The position numbers and the translations under genes were made by a program. Shown here piece after piece: positions 60,626 to 64,000 of a DNA stretch of 64,000 bases. Source of the stretch: an uncultured delta proteobacterium (lineage in GTDB: Bacteria; Desulfobacterota; Desulfobacteria; Desulfobacterales; SG8-13). The number at the start of each line of letters is the position of its first letter. The first letter of the stretch is position 1. The stretch spans positions 62,001-126,000 of the forward strand of contig CAWKCK010000003.1 of NCBI GenBank assembly GCA_963848135.1, in the 5' to 3' direction. Under the pieces are notes generated by a model. The model worked only from the letters and a program-made list of their open reading frames with translations. It was not told where the DNA came from and searched no databases.

Positions 60626-61630
60626 TTATGGTTTTGGAATGCCAAGTGAAGCCGGATCTACCGTCGCCGCCTTCAGGTCCCACAATGTCCAGGCGAAATT
60701 CGATTCGAGCGCGTCAAATACAGCTTTTGACTCCGCACCGGTTTTGCCGGAGAGCAGGTAGTAATTCTCCTTGGCCCAACTCTTCACTTTATCGGTTTCC
60801 ATTGCTTTCTTAAAGGCATCCACGAGGACTTTTTTGGCATCATCCGGAGTGTCTGCCGGGACAGCAAAACCGATGGCCTGTGATATTGGCAAGTACTTTG
60901 ACAGGCCGGGATATGAATCAAACGCACTGGGGATCGTTCCGAGACCCTCAACATCGAATGAATCGGGAATCAGCATGCCCAGGGCTCTCAGTTTGCCGCC
61001 ACGCAACAGCTGCTGCTGTTCGGCCAGAGAGGTGACAACGACCGAGACCTCGCCGGTCATGGCCGCATTCTGACTGGGGGCCGACCCTTTGTAAGGAATG
61101 AAATTAAACTTGGCTCCCGAGCCGTTTTCTACTGCCAGCAAGTTAAGGTGATGGATGGAACCCGCGCCGCTGGCCGCTGCCTTGATGCTTTTGGGGTTGG
61201 CCTTTGCCGCTTCAATCAGGTCTTTAAGGGTTTTGTACGGGGTGTCGGGGGTAACCGAAATAATGTCCGGTGAACCGCCAACGATGAAGGTATCCCATAC
61301 GTCAAATTTTTTATCCCATCCGCCCTGTACACCCGCGGTGACATTGGATTCAGACAGGCCGCATAGCGTGTAACCGTCATGGGGCTGACTGTATGCATAA
61401 TTCATCCCCACCGAGCCGGCGACACCGCCGGTCTTGTTGATGACGTTGATGTTGACTCCCAGAATTTTTGCCATTTCAGCGGTTATAATCCGGTTACACG
61501 TGTCGGTACCGCCGCCGGCGCCCCATACAACCACATCGGTGATGTTGCGTGCCGGAAACCCCTTCGCGGCGTATGCCCCGGTTCCCAGGGCCAGCAGGAT
61601 GACCGTACAAAGGATCAACATTTTTTTCAT
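60626..61630 (-). CDS. tctC: tripartite tricarboxylate transporter substrate-binding protein
   Basis: Signal peptide; FPARNIT.VV.WGAGGGTD, NKTGG, DGYTL, IPYKGS. Confidence 0.93.
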   Translation of the reverse strand: MKKMLILCTVILLALGTGAYAAKGFPARNITDVVVWGAGGGTDTCNRIITAEMAKILGVNINVINKTGGVAGSVGMNYAYSQPHDGYTLCGLSESNVTAGVQGGWDKKFDVWDTFIVGGSPDIISVTPDTPYKTLKDLIEAAKANPKSIKAAASGAGSIHHLNLLAVENGSGAKFNFIPYKGSAPSQNAAMTGEVSVVVTSLAEQQQLLRGGKLRALGMLIPDSFDVEGLGTIPSAFDSYPGLSKYLPISQAIGFAVPADTPDDAKKVLVDAFKKAMETDKVKSWAKENYYLLSGKTGAESKAVFDALESNFAWTLWDLKAATVDPASLGIPKP

Positions 61631-61906
61631 TTCATTTCCTCCTTTTGGTTTCAAGTGTGCGTGTCTCATTCGACCGAACGGTTGGCTCGCTTCCTTTGAC
61701 TCTGGTGGTGTCCGCGAACCAAAGTCTATGGCATTTCATTGCGAGCGGGATCGGTGCGATAAACCCTCCTGATTGCGTCCTATTCATCCCCCCTTTCCCC
61801 ATCTTCCGGCGCTATCAACGAAACAGCAATCGTTTCGGAGATGCGCCCAGAAAATAAACTGGCTCTCGTAGTTACTCACACGCGGCTGTGTTGCATGCTC
61901 GGTAAT

Positions 61907-62644
61907 TTAAAAAACTCGATTCAACGCGTGGTTCTTGGTATTCCGCCTGACCGAACCCTTGGAAATAGCCGCAACATCCACGTCCTGGCCGTCAACATCC
62001 TCCTTGAGTCTCGCGATCGATTTCTTGAAATGCGCCCGCATCATCTCTTCGGCCTTCTCGACATTTTTTTGGCAGATCGCATCGATTATGGCCCGATGCT
62101 CCACGATGGTTTCATTTGGCGAGCGGACGAGTCCTTCGGACGACACCACCTGATAGGAAAAACTGATGATATTGTATGTCTGGAGAATGTTTTTTAAGAA
62201 CTCTTTGGCCCCGATTTCGGTAACATAATTATGAAAACTACGGTCTTCTCGGGCATAGCCGCTGATATCGGTGATGACGCCGGAATTTGTAAAGGAATTA
62301 AAGAATCCTTTTAATTTTCTGCTTTTTGATTCGGTGATGTAAAGTGCGGCCCGCCGGGCCGCAAGGCCTTCCAATACCTCCCGGAGTTCAAAGATACTGA
62401 CCATCTCCTGCTTGGTAAAAAAACGGACAAAGAACCCGCGCCGGGGTTTGGCTTCGACCAGTTTCTCTTTCTCGAGATATTTGAGCGCACTCACGAGGGG
62501 GGTGCGACTGATGCCCAATTCATGCGCCAGTTTTTCCTGGGGAATTTTGTCCCCCGGCAACAGTTTGCGCTCGATGATCATCTGTTTGATGATCTGGTAA
62601 GCCTTCTGATCCAGGTTCGCGTGCATGCGGCCTAAATTTTCCAT
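61907..62644 (-). CDS. GntR family (FCD) transcriptional regulator
   Basis: LLPGDKIPQEKLAHELGISRTPL..AL..LE, ELREVLEGLAA, EHRAIIDAI. Confidence 0.95.
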   Translation of the reverse strand: MENLGRMHANLDQKAYQIIKQMIIERKLLPGDKIPQEKLAHELGISRTPLVSALKYLEKEKLVEAKPRRGFFVRFFTKQEMVSIFELREVLEGLAARRAALYITESKSRKLKGFFNSFTNSGVITDISGYAREDRSFHNYVTEIGAKEFLKNILQTYNIISFSYQVVSSEGLVRSPNETIVEHRAIIDAICQKNVEKAEEMMRAHFKKSIARLKEDVDGQDVDVAAISKGSVRRNTKNHALNRVF

Positions 62645-62722
62645 TGATCAGACTTTCCTCCGGTTCGCTATCGGTATCCATCGCATCTTGATTGATGAAA
62701 TCTACAGATTTACAATCTCATA

Positions 62723-62773
62723 TTTGTATTTTGCATACAAAATTCAAATATAGGAATCAGTATGGGGTGTCAA
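62723..62773 (-). promoter_or_regulatory. putative GntR operator and sigma70 promoter
   Basis: Palindrome TTTGTAT-N5-ATACAAA at 62723-62741; minus-strand TTGACA at 62773-62768 followed by TATATT/TATTTG. Confidence 0.55.
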
Positions 62774-62799
62774 CAATTTTGTTGGATAAAATTTAACTG

Positions 62800-63777
62800 T
62801 CAAAAGGAATTGATCATCACGAGCAACAGCGGCAGCACGACGATGAGCAAGGTTGTGGTGAAAAACCAGCAGGAGTTGGCCAGGTCGAGGTCAAGATCGA
62901 ATATAGACGGCGGTATGAGGGCATTGAAGGCCACCGGCATGGCGGAAAGGATCATTACAACCTTGAGGGGCAAACCATTATCAATCGTTCCATATCCGAG
63001 GAGGTATGCCAGTGTTGTTATGCATACCGGAACGATGAAAAATTTAATCGAGGATACGATCAAACATTCGCGAAAATAGTTACGGACGCTTCTGAACCTC
63101 ATCGCCAGACCGATCGAGACCAGAAGCAACGTCGTTCCCACCGGAATGAAAACAGAATTGATGGTCTTAAAATAAGCGGGCCGCGGAAGTCCGGACACGT
63201 TGAGAAGTGCGCCAATCGTAATGCTGGCTAACGCAACGACGATGAAGGGATCTCTGGCAAGATCCTTGAGGCGATCGCGGGTGCGCTCCGTTTTGCGGTC
63301 AGCGCGACTGTAAAACTTGGCCACCGGAAAACCAATGGCGTAATAGCTGAGCTCCTCAAAAATTTTGTAAATCGGAACCAGAGCGAACCCTTTTTCACCG
63401 AGGAAGATGAAGCAGACCAGGGCGCCGATGGATCCGATATTGGTAAAGGCCCCACAGGGAATCAAGGCACCGGTCTTTCGCGGTTCAAGCCTTATGGCGC
63501 GGGCAGCCCCCCATGCCAGAACGCCGCCCAAGGTTATTGCTGTAAATCCGATAAAAGGCAGGGCCGCAATCGAAACCGCCTTGATGTTGACGATCCAGAT
63601 GGCTCCCAGTACCGTTATCGGCAGAAAGAACAACAGGGCAAATTTCTGTAATAGTTTTCGAATCGTGTCCAGGGGTACCGGCAAACGAAGGACGCCGCGA
63701 TTGGAAAAAATCTGAATAGTATAACCCAAGGCGACGCCAAAGAAGATGAGACTGAAAGAATAGGCGAATTTGGTCAT
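62800..63777 (-). CDS. AEC (auxin efflux carrier / malate permease) family transporter
   Basis: FTNIGSIG, LVSIGL, IKFFIVP, SAMPVAFNA; about 10 TM segments. Confidence 0.85.
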   Translation of the reverse strand: MTKFAYSFSLIFFGVALGYTIQIFSNRGVLRLPVPLDTIRKLLQKFALLFFLPITVLGAIWIVNIKAVSIAALPFIGFTAITLGGVLAWGAARAIRLEPRKTGALIPCGAFTNIGSIGALVCFIFLGEKGFALVPIYKIFEELSYYAIGFPVAKFYSRADRKTERTRDRLKDLARDPFIVVALASITIGALLNVSGLPRPAYFKTINSVFIPVGTTLLLVSIGLAMRFRSVRNYFRECLIVSSIKFFIVPVCITTLAYLLGYGTIDNGLPLKVVMILSAMPVAFNALIPPSIFDLDLDLANSCWFFTTTLLIVVLPLLLVMINSF

Positions 63778-64000
63778 GAATGTCCTTTACATTGCAGGTG
63801 GTCTGCAGAGGGTGGTGCTGAAAGATGTCCTTTTAATTGATATCACCGAATATTGCAAATAGCAGCCAGGCCAGCTGCCGCCGAGGCCCTCAAGGAACGC
63901 TTCCGTCTCCATACGCTGTTGACAGAAGGTTATTCGATTATCTAAACTCCACCCTGATAAAAGAAACAGCCGGGTGTCGAGTTATCAGCCTATTTTTCGG

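Overview
Bacterial chromosomal window, probably from an anaerobic deltaproteobacterium (Desulfobacterales-like). This is inferred from gene content, the style of intergenic repeats and a UGA-readthrough gene. From left to right: (1) a Spy/CpxP + OmpR-type two-component module and a D-cysteine desulfhydrase-family gene. (2) A minus-strand amino acid/opine uptake and catabolism locus (Lrp, FGE-domain protein, polar amino acid ABC transporter, opine dehydrogenase, Asp/Glu racemase) that carries remnants of lost ornithine/lysine-metabolism genes. (3) A ~36 kb plus-strand accessory island: a triple-PBP/PAS/HisKA_3 kinase, a four-helix-bundle (Avd/IVP-like) gene, a REC-MalT-LuxR regulator, three outer-membrane barrels, five tandem DUF1254/DUF1214 paralogs, DUF2092, two D-aminoacylase-like amidohydrolases, two COG0523 GTPases, two C45 Ntn-hydrolases, ThrE, CorA, patatin and a GluR0-like channel. 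(4) An AhpD/CMD-like CxxU selenoprotein candidate. (5) A GntR-TctCBA-isomerase-split transketolase-plant-type hydroxypyruvate reductase operon and an AEC transporter. The most striking unexplained structure is a family of intergenic elements built from 7-8 nt periodic repeats arranged as inverted arms. One copy brackets the intact four-helix-bundle gene, one encloses a 27-codon relic of another four-helix-bundle gene, and the rest are empty. Many island genes are frameshifted, probably partly from long-read indel errors. No rRNA, tRNA, CRISPR array, transposase, integrase or reverse transcriptase was recognised. All family calls come from motif recognition by eye, not from database searches.
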